Source of the DNA: an uncultured Actinomycetes bacterium
GTDB taxonomy: Bacteria > Actinomycetota > Acidimicrobiia > IMCC26256 > JANYLB01
Direction: 5' to 3'
Assembly (NCBI GenBank): GCA_963837715.1
Contig: CAWIOF010000004.1
Coordinates: 1,222,552-1,286,551, forward strand
Length of the DNA stretch: 64,000 nt
Both the position numbers and the translations under genes were made by a program. The notes beneath the pieces were generated by a model that saw only the letters and a list, made by a program, of their open reading frames with translations, did no database searches and was not told where the DNA came from. Shown in pieces: positions 18,993-27,761 of this stretch; within the stretch, counting starts at the first letter, position 1, and the number at the start of each line of letters is the position of its first letter.

Positions 18993-19760
18993 CTAGCGAG
19001 CAGTCCGCTCGAGGCCCGCGGCGACGGCGTGGCCGGTCATCGCGGCGTTGAGATACGGCTCGGGGTCGTGCGCCCGGTGGCCGTTGTCGACGGCGAAGTC
19101 GGTGACGCGGGGTCCGAACCGTTCGGCCAGCTTCGGCGCGGCGCACATCCGGTCGCCGAGGGCGGCGACGTTGGTCCAGCTGACGACAGTGCCCGGCCAC
19201 GCACCGATACCGTCGACGGGTGCCGGATCGAGGTGTGGGAAGACGATGCCCTCGGCGCCGAGCGGCGAGCCGATCGTGACGAAGTCGGTGACGCCCCACT
19301 CCGGGTGCGCGCACAGCGCCTCGTAGGCGACCACGCTTCCGAGCGAGTGGGCGATGACCACCCGGGTGTCGGGATCGATGGCGCGTTCGACTCGGGCCCG
19401 CACCGCGACCCGGATCGACGGGTCGGCGAAGTACCGACCGACCTGGTCGATCAGGCGGTGCAGCATCTCGGTTCCCACCGCCTGGGCGATGACCTCGAGC
19501 CCGCCGCTTCCCTGCAGCTGTCCGGCCAGGTCGAGGAGCCCGGAGTTGCGGGCCACCTGCTCGAGATCGGCGTCGGTCGGCTCTGCGTCGGGCGCGTGCC
19601 GGAAGAGGTCGCCGTAGAACGCGACGGAGAAATCATCGGCCGAGATGTCGACGTCGGCATGCCAGAGTCCGTCGCGCACCGCGGGGAGCCACCGCCCCCC
19701 GATCTCGTTCGGGCCCCACAACTCGTTGAACGCCCCGTGGACTCCGACCACCCGCGCCAT
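18993..19760 (-). CDS. alpha/beta-hydrolase (lipase-like) protein
   Basis: 255 aa with the GxSxG nucleophile elbow AHSLGS. Confidence 0.6.
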   Translation of the reverse strand: MARVVGVHGAFNELWGPNEIGGRWLPAVRDGLWHADVDISADDFSVAFYGDLFRHAPDAEPTDADLEQVARNSGLLDLAGQLQGSGGLEVIAQAVGTEMLHRLIDQVGRYFADPSIRVAVRARVERAIDPDTRVVIAHSLGSVVAYEALCAHPEWGVTDFVTIGSPLGAEGIVFPHLDPAPVDGIGAWPGTVVSWTNVAALGDRMCAAPKLAERFGPRVTDFAVDNGHRAHDPEPYLNAAMTGHAVAAGLERTAR

Positions 19761-19828
19761 GGGCCCCGAGACTAGGGCCCCGGACCGAGGTCCCCGATCG
19801 TGGCGGAGCGGATCGGTACCCTTCGGGC

Positions 19829-20413
19829 ATGGAACCCATGGGTGGCGGGGAAGTCACGAACAGTGAAGCGCGCGCGATGGTGCGCGAGGTGTCGAGCGTC
19901 TGGTGGATCGTGCTCGTGGTCGGCCTGATCTTCGTCGGCTTCGGCATCGTGATGCTCTTCGACGTCGCGGCGGGAGCGCGGGTCATCTCGACGATCGTCG
20001 GGATCTTCCTGATCTTCGACGGCATCGTCGGACTGGTCACGGCCGGGCGCAACGGTGGTTCGCGGGGTCTCGGGATCGTGCTCGGGATCGTGCTGATCAT
20101 CGGGGGCATCGTCGTCGTGGTCTGGCCGGGAGTCACGTTCCTGGTGATCGCCGTCGTCTGGGGCATCACGATCGTGGTCGGCGGCATCACGAGGATCGTC
20201 GGGTCCGTCACCGTGCGGGGCCACGGCTGGGGGTGGCTGCTCGTGATCGGGATCGCGGAGCTCGCCGTGGGAATCGCCGCGTTGGTGTGGCCGCACATCA
20301 CGGCCTACGTGATCCTGCTGCTGATCGGGATCTACGCGATCGTGGCCGGTCTCATCCAGATCTTCCTGGCCTTCGCGCTCAAGAAGGCACCCGAACGCCT
20401 CGGGATGAGCTAG
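19829..20413 (+). CDS. hdeD: HdeD-family (DUF308) acid-resistance membrane protein
   Basis: Six hydrophobic helices with repeated G-rich LxxDGIxxL / IxGGIxxI patterns typical of HdeD/DUF308. The start may instead be ATG 19877. Confidence 0.7.
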   Translation: MEPMGGGEVTNSEARAMVREVSSVWWIVLVVGLIFVGFGIVMLFDVAAGARVISTIVGIFLIFDGIVGLVTAGRNGGSRGLGIVLGIVLIIGGIVVVVWPGVTFLVIAVVWGITIVVGGITRIVGSVTVRGHGWGWLLVIGIAELAVGIAALVWPHITAYVILLLIGIYAIVAGLIQIFLAFALKKAPERLGMS

Positions 20414-20670
20414 CCCGGCGCAGCGGATTCGAACCGTCAGCACCTCAGCCGGTGAGCGGTCGAGCCGGCGCAGCGGATTCGACCGTCAAGCCGGAGAAGC
20501 AGCGGAGCCGGCGGACTTCCCCGAAGAGCACCTCAGCCGGTGAGCGGTCGAGCCGGCGCAGCGGATTCGACCGTCAAGCCGGAGAAGCAGCGGAGCCGGC
20601 GGACTTCCCCGAAGAGCACCTCAGCCGGTGAGCGGTCGAGCCGGCGCAGCGGATTCGACCGTCAAGCCGG
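20414..20670. repeat. 88-bp tandem minisatellite (27-nt partial + 2 perfect + 54-nt partial copy)
   Basis: Units start at 20441, 20529 and 20617. Copies 1 and 2 are identical 88/88, and copy 3 is identical over 54 nt. Each unit contains hairpin modules X (GGTCGAGCCGGCGCAGCGGATTCGACC) and Y (GCCGGAGAAGCAGCGGAGCCGGC). Confidence 0.95.
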
Positions 20671-21924
20671 CGTGAACGTGCACGGCATGCGTTTGATGCC
20701 ATGGATGAAGCTCGACTGGAGCATCTCGGGTTCGGCAGTGATCTCGAGGTCGGGGAGTCGACGGAAGAGCTCCTCGAACATCACCGAGATCTCGCGCCGG
20801 GCGAGGTTCGCGCCCAGGCAGAAGTGGGGCCCGCCGCCGCCGTAGCCCGCGTGCGGGTTCGGGTACCGCGTGATGTCGAACCGGAACGGATCCGGGAAGG
20901 CGCGCTCGTCGCGGTTCGCGGAGTTGAACCAGAGCACGACCTTCTCGCCCTCCTTGATGGGATGGCCGGAGATCTCGGTGTCCTGGGTCGCGGTGCGGCG
21001 GAAGTGGATCACCGGGGTCGCGTAGCGGACGATCTCCTCGACCGCGTTCTGCGCGTGGCCGTCGAAGTCGGAAATCCAGAGCGCCTTCTGGTCCGGGTTT
21101 CGGGTGAGCTCGAGCATCCCGTGGCTGATGGCCGTGCGCGTCGTCTCGTTGCCGGCCACGACGAGGAGGATGAAGAACGACGCGAACTCGGTGAGCGTGA
21201 GGCGTTCCCCGTCGACCTCGGCGTGCATGAGGGTGCTGGTGATGTCGTCGGTGGGCTCGTCGAGCCGCTGCTGGCCGAGCTCCGACGCCATCTGGTGCAG
21301 CGTCATGAACGCGCCGAGGAGGTCCTCGAACGAGTTCACGTACTCCGGGTCGCCGACGCCCAGGATGATGTTCGTCTGCTCGAACACGGTCTGCCGCATC
21401 GACTGCGGGACCCCGGTCATGTCGCAGATGATCCGCAGCGGGAGCTCGGCGGCGATCTCGCGCACGAAGTCGCACTCGCCCTTGGCGGCGACGTTGTCGA
21501 CGATGTCGACCGCCGCGGTGCGCACCGAGTCGAGCAGCTTGTTGAGCTCCTTCGGGGTGAAGCCGCTGCTCACGAGCCGACGGAGCCGGGCGTGGCGGGG
21601 GTCGTCCATGTTGATGATGCTGCCGAGGAACTCGCCCATCCCGTCGGGGATGTCGCCGATGTTCGAGCCCCCGCGCGACGAGCAGAACAGCTCGGCGTGG
21701 CGGCTCGCGTAGATGACGTCGTCGAACCGGGTGAGCGCCCAGAATCCCGGACCCTGCCCGAAGTTCTCGATCAGCGGTTCCTCGTGGAACGAGATCGGTG
21801 CTTCGTCGCGCAGCAGCTTGAAGACGGCTTCGCGTTCGGCGTCGGGTCGGGCCCACAGGTCGAGCTGGCCGAGCTCGACCTCGGGCACGGACAGCGGCGA
21901 GGGTCCCGGAAGGGTGGGCGTCAT
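20662..21924 (-). CDS. cytochrome P450
   Basis: 420 aa. AGNETT I-helix, EEIVRY (ExxR) and the haem loop FGGGGPHFCLGANLAR are present. Confidence 0.9.
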   Translation of the reverse strand: MTPTLPGPSPLSVPEVELGQLDLWARPDAEREAVFKLLRDEAPISFHEEPLIENFGQGPGFWALTRFDDVIYASRHAELFCSSRGGSNIGDIPDGMGEFLGSIINMDDPRHARLRRLVSSGFTPKELNKLLDSVRTAAVDIVDNVAAKGECDFVREIAAELPLRIICDMTGVPQSMRQTVFEQTNIILGVGDPEYVNSFEDLLGAFMTLHQMASELGQQRLDEPTDDITSTLMHAEVDGERLTLTEFASFFILLVVAGNETTRTAISHGMLELTRNPDQKALWISDFDGHAQNAVEEIVRYATPVIHFRRTATQDTEISGHPIKEGEKVVLWFNSANRDERAFPDPFRFDITRYPNPHAGYGGGGPHFCLGANLARREISVMFEELFRRLPDLEITAEPEMLQSSFIHGIKRMPCTFTPA

Positions 21925-21960
21925 GCCGGGAGGCTAGCGAGACGCCGGGAGGCCCGACGG

Positions 21961-23242
21961 CTACGCGAGGGTCGTCCGCAGGCGCGCTGCGCAGCGGGCT
22001 GCGTTGGCTACGACTTCCTCTTCGCCCGGGACCCGACGTTGCTCCATCAGCACTGCACCGTCGACCACGACAGTGTCGACGGCCGCTCCGGTCGCCGAGT
22101 AGACGAGCCCGGCGACACGATCCGACGGAACCGATTCGGCCGTCCCGAGGTCGACGAGCAGGAAGTCGGCCGGGCTGCCGACCTCGAGGGGCCGACCTCC
22201 CAGCCGGGGCGCCGTCTGGCCGGTCACGATCGCCCAGGCGTCGGCGGCCGGGAGCATCGCAGGGTCGGCGGTGGTGTGCTTCTGGAGGAGCGACAGGAGC
22301 TTGACGTCCTGCATCAGGTCGAGCGAGTTGTTCGACGCTGCGCCATCGGTGCCGATCCCGATCGGCACCCCTGCGGCCCGGGCTGCGGGGTACGGGAACG
22401 CCCGGCCGGTTGCGAGCTTCATGTTCGACGCCGGGTTCGTGACGATCGTCGCACCGCGGGCCGCGATCAGGTCGAGCTCGGAATCGTCGAGCCACACCCC
22501 GTGCGCGAGCACGGTCTGGTCGCTCAGGACCCCGAGGCCGTCGAGGTACGGGGTGGGGCGCATACCGTTCGCGGCGAGGCAGTCGTCGACCTCACCCTTC
22601 GTCTCCGACAGGTGGATCTGCAGCGGGACGTCGCGCTCGGCGCTCAGCGCACCGAGTCGGCGCAGCGAGTCGGCCCCGACGGTGTAGATCGCGTGGGCCG
22701 CGAGCGACGGAACGACCCGCGGCCCGAACTCTCCGAGCCGGTCGAGCGCCTCGGGGACCGCGTCGATGCGATTCCATTCGGGTGCGTCGGGCGTCTCGAT
22801 CACCGGAACGCTGATCACGCCACGGAGTCCGGCGTCGACGACGGCCACGCGCGATGTCGAACTGGAACCAGTACATGTCCCAGAAGCAGGTGGTACCGGA
22901 CCGGATCATCTCGAGCGCGGCGAGCCGGGTCCCCCAGTAGACGTCGTCGGCGGTGAGCGCGGCTTCGGCGGGCCAGATGCGGGTGCGCAGCCAGTCCATG
23001 AGCGGGAGGTCGTCGCCGTAGCCGCGGAAGAGCGTCATCGCCGCGTGGGTGTGCGCGTTGACGAGCCCGGGGGTGAGGGCGAGCCCACGACCGTCGAGCA
23101 CGGTCTCGTCAGGAATCGTTCCGGGCGGAGCTCCTCCGGGGGTGCCGGCGAGGGTCTCGCCGAGTTCGACGATCACGCCGTCCTCGACGCGCAACGAGAC
23201 TGGCTCGCCGTCGAGCACGACGTCGCGTACGAGGAGGCTCAT
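21961..23242 (-). pseudogene. mtaD: amidohydrolase, MTA/SAH deaminase-like, frame-disrupted (or sequencing error)
   Basis: The N-terminal part (LTPGLVNAHTHAAMTLFRG, FWDMYWF) is in ORF 22592..23422 from ATG 23242. The C-terminal part (HLSETKGEV, GTDGAASNNSLD) is in ORF 21961..22848. There is an extra G near 22845; length is 3n+1. The ATG overlaps the upstream stop (ATGA). Confidence 0.8.
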
Positions 23243-23940
23243 CGCAGCTCCGCGAGCGCGGGGATCACGGTGCCGACGTCGGCGACGATGCGGGCGCGGT
23301 TCGCCTCGGCTCCCGCCGCGTACTCCTCCATGGTGAGGTTCGTCGGTTCGAGGCCGTTGGCGAGGTTGTCGACCACGCAGACGGCGGCGTAGGCGAGGCC
23401 GCTCTCCCGGGCGACGACGCACTCCGATGCGATGGTCATCCCGACCACGTCGGCGACGCGCGTGAGGGCGCGGACCTCAGCCGGTGTCTCGAAGCGGGGC
23501 CCCGTCGTCTGTGCGTACACGCCGCCGTCGATCAGGTGGGTGTCGGTGACGCGGGTCCAGACCGAGATCAGCTCGGTCCGCCACTCCGCGTCGAACCCGG
23601 GGATGGAATGGCCCCGGGCGTCGTCGAATCGGGTGGGGTTGGCTCCGGGGGCGTAGAAGTCGTCGGGGGCGACGATGGTGCCCACCGGCCAGTCTGTGCG
23701 CAGGCTCCCGGCCGACGAGATCGCGATGATCCGGTCGCACCCCGCGGCGACCAGGGCGTCGAGGTTGCGAACGTGGTCGAGCCGGTGGGCCGGGGTGAAC
23801 GTGTCGAGACCGTGGCGCTCGAGCCAGACGGCGTCGTCGGTCTCGAGCAGGGGGACCCCGACGTGCTCGATCCGCCGAGCCGACTCGCTCGCGGCAGCGC
23901 GCATCACGCCGTGGCCACCGATGAGCGCAAGCTTCGACAT
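23239..23940 (-). CDS. MTA/purine nucleoside phosphorylase family protein
   Basis: 233 aa. GPRFETPAE and VGMT motifs of the PNP/MTAP family; translationally coupled to the deaminase-like gene. Confidence 0.75.
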   Translation of the reverse strand: MSKLALIGGHGVMRAAASESARRIEHVGVPLLETDDAVWLERHGLDTFTPAHRLDHVRNLDALVAAGCDRIIAISSAGSLRTDWPVGTIVAPDDFYAPGANPTRFDDARGHSIPGFDAEWRTELISVWTRVTDTHLIDGGVYAQTTGPRFETPAEVRALTRVADVVGMTIASECVVARESGLAYAAVCVVDNLANGLEPTNLTMEEYAAGAEANRARIVADVGTVIPALAELR

Positions 23941-23966
23941 CGCCGGATTGTAGGAGGGAGCTGGTT

Positions 23967-24411
23967 TCAGGCGCGGAGCTTGTCGAGCGCGCGCTCGAGC
24001 ACCTCGAGCTCGTCGGGGTCGAGCCGGTCGATCAGCTCGTGCTGGAGGTCGTCGAGATGGATGGCCAAGCCTTCGTCGAGCTTCTGTTCACCGTTCGGGG
24101 TGAGGACCACCCACTGGACGCGCCTGTCCGTCGGGCACGAAGTTCGGACGACGAGACCGGCGTCGACGACCCGGTCGACGAGACGGGTCGCGCCGCCGCT
24201 GGTGAGCCCGAGCTGGCACGCGAGCTCCGACATCGTGAGGCGGGTCCCGGGGGAGCGGCCGATCCGGAGCAGCACCTCGAAGAAGGAGCTGCTCATCGCC
24301 GAGTGCGACGCCAATGACGCGGTCGAACGCACGCTCGAGCCGACGGTGGGCCTCGTGGAGGAGCCCGTACGTGGTGATCCGGGGGTCGTCCCGGTTCCCT
24401 GCCGCGGTCAT
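23967..24411 (-). pseudogene. MarR-family transcriptional regulator, frame-disrupted (or sequencing error)
   Basis: The N-terminus is in ORF 24088..24411. The wHTH part (FFEVLLRIGRSPGTRLTMSELACQLGLTSGGATRLVDR) is in ORF 23967..24332. There is an extra base near 24297; length is 3n+1. Confidence 0.8.
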
Positions 24412-24435
24412 GGCGCAGACTATAGCTCCAGGTAC

Positions 24436-24464
24436 TTGACAAGTCAGCTAATGCGGTGCAAGAT
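24436..24464 (+). promoter_or_regulatory. candidate promoter/operator in the MarR-YceI divergent region
   Basis: TTGACA (24436-24441), 17 nt, CAAGAT (24459-24464) in a locally AT-richer patch. The inverted repeat TGAC-AA-GTCA (24437-24446) overlaps the -35. Assignment is by eye only. Confidence 0.3.
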
Positions 24465-24514
24465 AGTTGCAGAAGCAGAGAATGAGTCCGCAGAGACAGC
24501 CAACGGAGGTTCCG

Positions 24515-25098
24515 ATGACCACGACGCAGAACACCACGAGCCAGACGACCGGCCTGCCCGAGGCCGGGAACTGGGCGATCGACACCGCCCACTCCTCGGT
24601 CGAGTTCGTCGTCCGACACCTGATGATGGCGAAGGTCCGAGGCAGCTTCACCGACTTCAACGGCACGATCGAGATCGGCGACACCCCCGAGAGCTCCTCG
24701 GTGCAGGTCGAGATCCAGGTCGCGAGCGTCAACACCCGCGACGCCCAGCGCGATGGCCACCTCACGTCGCCCGACTTCTTCGACGCCGAGGCCCATCCCA
24801 CGATCAGCTTCCGCTCGACGGCAGTGCGTGACCAGGGCGGCAGCAACTACGCAGTCGACGGGGAGCTCACCCTGCTGGGGACGACGAAGCCCGTCACGCT
24901 CGACCTCACCTACCAGGGCACAGCCCGGGACCCGTGGGGCAACGACAAGGCCGTCTTCTCCGCCGAGACCGAGATCGACCGCGAAGATGGGGTCTGACCT
25001 GGAACCAGGCGCTCGAGACCGGCGGCGTCCTGGTCGGCAAGAAGGCCAAGATCGAGATCGAGGTCGAAGCGGTCAAGCCGGCTCCCTCCGAGGGCTGA
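24515..25098 (+). pseudogene. yceI: YceI-family periplasmic/lipid-binding protein, frame-disrupted (or sequencing error)
   Basis: ATG 24515 is preceded by GGAGG. ORF 24467..24997 ends at EIDREDGV*, but the conserved tail (W)[29 protein letters not shown] continues in the -1 frame to TGA 25096-25098. One base appears to be missing near 24988; length is 3n+2. Confidence 0.8.
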
Positions 25099-25103
25099 TC
25101 CAC

Positions 25104-25141
25104 CCGGGCCGGGCCGGGGAGCTTCTCCTCGCCCGGCCCGG
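25104..25141 (+). terminator. GC-rich hairpin downstream of yceI
   Basis: Perfect 11-bp arms CCGGGCCGGGC (25104-25114) and GCCCGGCCCGG (25131-25141) with a 16-nt loop. There is no U-tract, as is common in high-GC actinobacteria. Confidence 0.45.
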
Positions 25142-25185
25142 TGCGGCCGGTTCAGCCGGTGCGGCGCCCTGCCGATGGTCTGGGC

Positions 25186-26316
25186 ATGGCTGCACCGGAA
25201 CCCTCCCGGAATCCGCATGGCCCGAGTCGTCGGGTGCGGGGAGTCACGGCGGGCGTGCTCGTCGTCGTGGCGTCGCTGCTCCTGCCCATCGGACTGGTGA
25301 CCGTCTGGCTGCGGGAGCAGGTGCTCGACACCGATGCCTTCGTCGCCACGGCGGGCCAGGTGGCGCGCGACCCGGCCGTCCAGCGTGACGTCTCCGACAA
25401 GGTCAGCGCCGCGCTCATCGAGCAGCTCGACGTCGACTCCAAGGTGCAGGGTGCCGCCCGCTCCCTGCTCCCCGACGCGCTGCAGGGTCTCGCCGGCCCG
25501 CTCGCTGCCGGGGCCGACGCCACGATCCGCCGGGCGACCGCCGAGGTGGTCGCTTCGTCGCGGTTCGAGGAGCTGTGGGAGGTCGCGGTGCGGCGGGCCC
25601 ACGAGAACGCGCTCCTGCTCGCCGAGGGTGACCCCGTCGCGGGCGTGGAGACCCGCGACGGTCGCATCGCGGTCAACCTCGATCCGATCGTCGATGCCGT
25701 CGTCTCCCAGCTCCCCGGTCCGATCGCTGCGCTCATTCCTCCCGTGACCACCGGCGACGACATCGTGCTCTTCCGCTCGAGTGAGCTGGCCTCGGCACAA
25801 CCGGTCGTGCGCGGCATCGACGACGGGTGGTGGGCGATCCCTGCGCTGTGTCTGGTGCTGTTCGCAAGTGCGGTTGCCATCGCATCGCGTCGTCGCCGGG
25901 CGCTCCTGGCGGTCGGGGTGGGGATGGTGCTCTCGTCGATCATCACGCTCGTCGCACTGCTCGTCGCCCGCCGGCGACTCGTCGACGCGACGGCGACACG
26001 CGTCGCACGCACCGCGACGACCGCGGTGTTCGACGCCGTGATCGATCTGCTCCGAACCGAGCTGTGGGTGACCGCGGCGCTCGGCGTCGCGTTCGCGGCC
26101 GGTGCGATCGTCTTCGGCCTCCTGCACCATCCACGACCGGTCGACTCGGTGGCGGAGCCGCGCACCGACGAGCAGCTGCTGCCCGGAGCGGAACCCACCA
26201 TCGCCTCACGTGCGCCGTCGCCGACCCCGGATCGTTCGAGGAAGCCGAGCGCCGAGCCGGCGGAGGTCGTGCAACCGGCCTCGTCGAGCCGGTCGGGGAA
26301 CCCGTCAGGGAGCTGA
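25186..26316 (+). CDS. hypothetical membrane protein
   Basis: ORF 25141..26316. ATG 25186 is preferred because GTG 25141 lies inside the hairpin. An N-terminal TM helix, a soluble central part, three C-terminal TM helices and a Pro/Ser-rich tail. Confidence 0.6.
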   Translation: MAAPEPSRNPHGPSRRVRGVTAGVLVVVASLLLPIGLVTVWLREQVLDTDAFVATAGQVARDPAVQRDVSDKVSAALIEQLDVDSKVQGAARSLLPDALQGLAGPLAAGADATIRRATAEVVASSRFEELWEVAVRRAHENALLLAEGDPVAGVETRDGRIAVNLDPIVDAVVSQLPGPIAALIPPVTTGDDIVLFRSSELASAQPVVRGIDDGWWAIPALCLVLFASAVAIASRRRRALLAVGVGMVLSSIITLVALLVARRRLVDATATRVARTATTAVFDAVIDLLRTELWVTAALGVAFAAGAIVFGLLHHPRPVDSVAEPRTDEQLLPGAEPTIASRAPSPTPDRSRKPSAEPAEVVQPASSSRSGNPSGS

Positions 26317-27729
26317 GGGCTCTGGTTCGACGAGGGCCCGAGCGGCTGCGACCGCGGCCGCGGCGTTGAGTGAGCCGTAGCCGTAGTCGGAGTTGGGGAC
26401 GCCCCTCGTCCGACACGTCGCGGCGGGACGGCGGGATGCACTCGTGATCACCGTCTGGTGCAGTGCGACCCGGCCCCGGGCCTCGGGCGCGGTCTCGAGG
26501 GTGAGGGCGTAGGTGCCGGTGACCTCGGGTGCGGCCATCGAGGTCCCGGAGACCCTGGTGTATCCACCGCCGACTGCCGTGGTCATCACCTCGAGTCCCG
26601 GTGCGACGAGCGTGGGTTCGGGGCCCAGCGGGCCCGGGCCCCGACCGGAGAAGCGGGCGATCCGTCCGTCGTCGTCGGTCGCGCCCACCGCGACGACCTC
26701 GGGCTGTGACGCGGGGAAGCCGACCGTCCGGCACTCCGGTCCGGCGTTGCCGGCCGCGAACACGTTGAGGATCCCCGCTGCGTGGAGTGCGGTCATCGCG
26801 CGGCCGAGCGAGGTGCTCGGCTCCTCGATCGACCACGAGTTGTTCACGACGTCGGGCCGCAGATCCGGGTCGGGTCCCCGACCGGCGTCGGGAGCGAGCA
26901 TGAACTGCAGCGATTCCAGCACGAGTTCGAGGGTGCACTGCTCGGCCGTGCAGCCCCGCGCCGCGATCCACTGCGCGCCGGGTGCGACGCCGGTCGTCTT
27001 GCCCACCGCGAGACCCGCGACGGCGGTGCCGTGACCGCCTTCGTCGCACGGGGCTTCGGGACAGCGACCGGTCGGGTCGAACCAACCGGCCCGGCGGCGG
27101 AAGTTGTCGGCGAGATCGGGATGGCGGGCGTCGACCCCGGAGTCGACGATGCCCACCACCGCGCCCCGTCCGGTGACTCCGGCAGCGCGCGCGCCCGGCA
27201 CACCGGCATCCACGAGGTTCGTCGGGACGGCGCTCGGCGCGGCCTGCGGACCCGATGCCACCGCGCCGATCTCCGCGTCGAGGTCGAGCTCCCGGCCGCC
27301 GACGACCTCGGTCACGCCGTCGATCCGGGCGACGCGGTCGGCGAGCGACTTGGGTGCGTAGAAGAGCACCGCGTTCGACACCCAGAGCGGCGTGGCCGAG
27401 ATCCGCTGCGTCCGGAGGAGGCGGAGGACCGCGGGTCGCCCGGAGGCATCCCGGTACGCCCGCCGGAGCGCGACGACGGTCAGGTGGCCGCGGCGGTTCC
27501 AGTCGGGCTCGCGCACCGCGGCTCGCAGGTCCGGGCGTTCGACGAACGTCGCGACCCAGAACTCGCGAGGCTTCGTCGCCCGGGTCGGCGACGGAGCGGT
27601 CGGGGAGGTCGCCGCAGCGGAACTCGTCGCGCCGGCGCGTGCCGGGGTGAGGGAGGTCATGAGCCCTGCGGTCCCGAGAGCGGTCGCGAGGGCGAGGAAG
27701 GCGGCCGCGAGCCTGCACCGGGAGCGCAC
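26305..27729 (-). CDS. secreted S8 (subtilisin-family) serine peptidase
   Basis: Signal peptide present. Catalytic triad blocks VGIVDSGVD, GHGTAVAG and GTSMAAPEVTG. Confidence 0.9.
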   Translation of the reverse strand: MRSRCRLAAAFLALATALGTAGLMTSLTPARAGATSSAAATSPTAPSPTRATKPREFWVATFVERPDLRAAVREPDWNRRGHLTVVALRRAYRDASGRPAVLRLLRTQRISATPLWVSNAVLFYAPKSLADRVARIDGVTEVVGGRELDLDAEIGAVASGPQAAPSAVPTNLVDAGVPGARAAGVTGRGAVVGIVDSGVDARHPDLADNFRRRAGWFDPTGRCPEAPCDEGGHGTAVAGLAVGKTTGVAPGAQWIAARGCTAEQCTLELVLESLQFMLAPDAGRGPDPDLRPDVVNNSWSIEEPSTSLGRAMTALHAAGILNVFAAGNAGPECRTVGFPASQPEVVAVGATDDDGRIARFSGRGPGPLGPEPTLVAPGLEVMTTAVGGGYTRVSGTSMAAPEVTGTYALTLETAPEARGRVALHQTVITSASRRPAATCRTRGVPNSDYGYGSLNAAAAVAAARALVEPEPSAP

Positions 27730-27761
27730 TCCTCGCCGTATCGTCGCGACCCGGGACCCGC

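Noticed and set aside
20414-20500. tRNA or tRNA fragment suggested by the reverse-strand GGTTCGAATCC (T-loop-like) motif in the first partial repeat
   Set aside because: The flanking T-stem pairs poorly. The only possible acceptor partner lies about 55 nt away, which is too short for a cloverleaf. There is no anticodon arm. The other copies read GGTCGAATCC, lacking one T. I treat this as chance or ancestral resemblance only.
20414-20670. Possible CRISPR array (regularly spaced repeats)
   Set aside because: The inter-repeat segments are themselves identical between units, so it is a plain 88-bp tandem repeat with no unique spacers. No cas genes or leader are present in the window.
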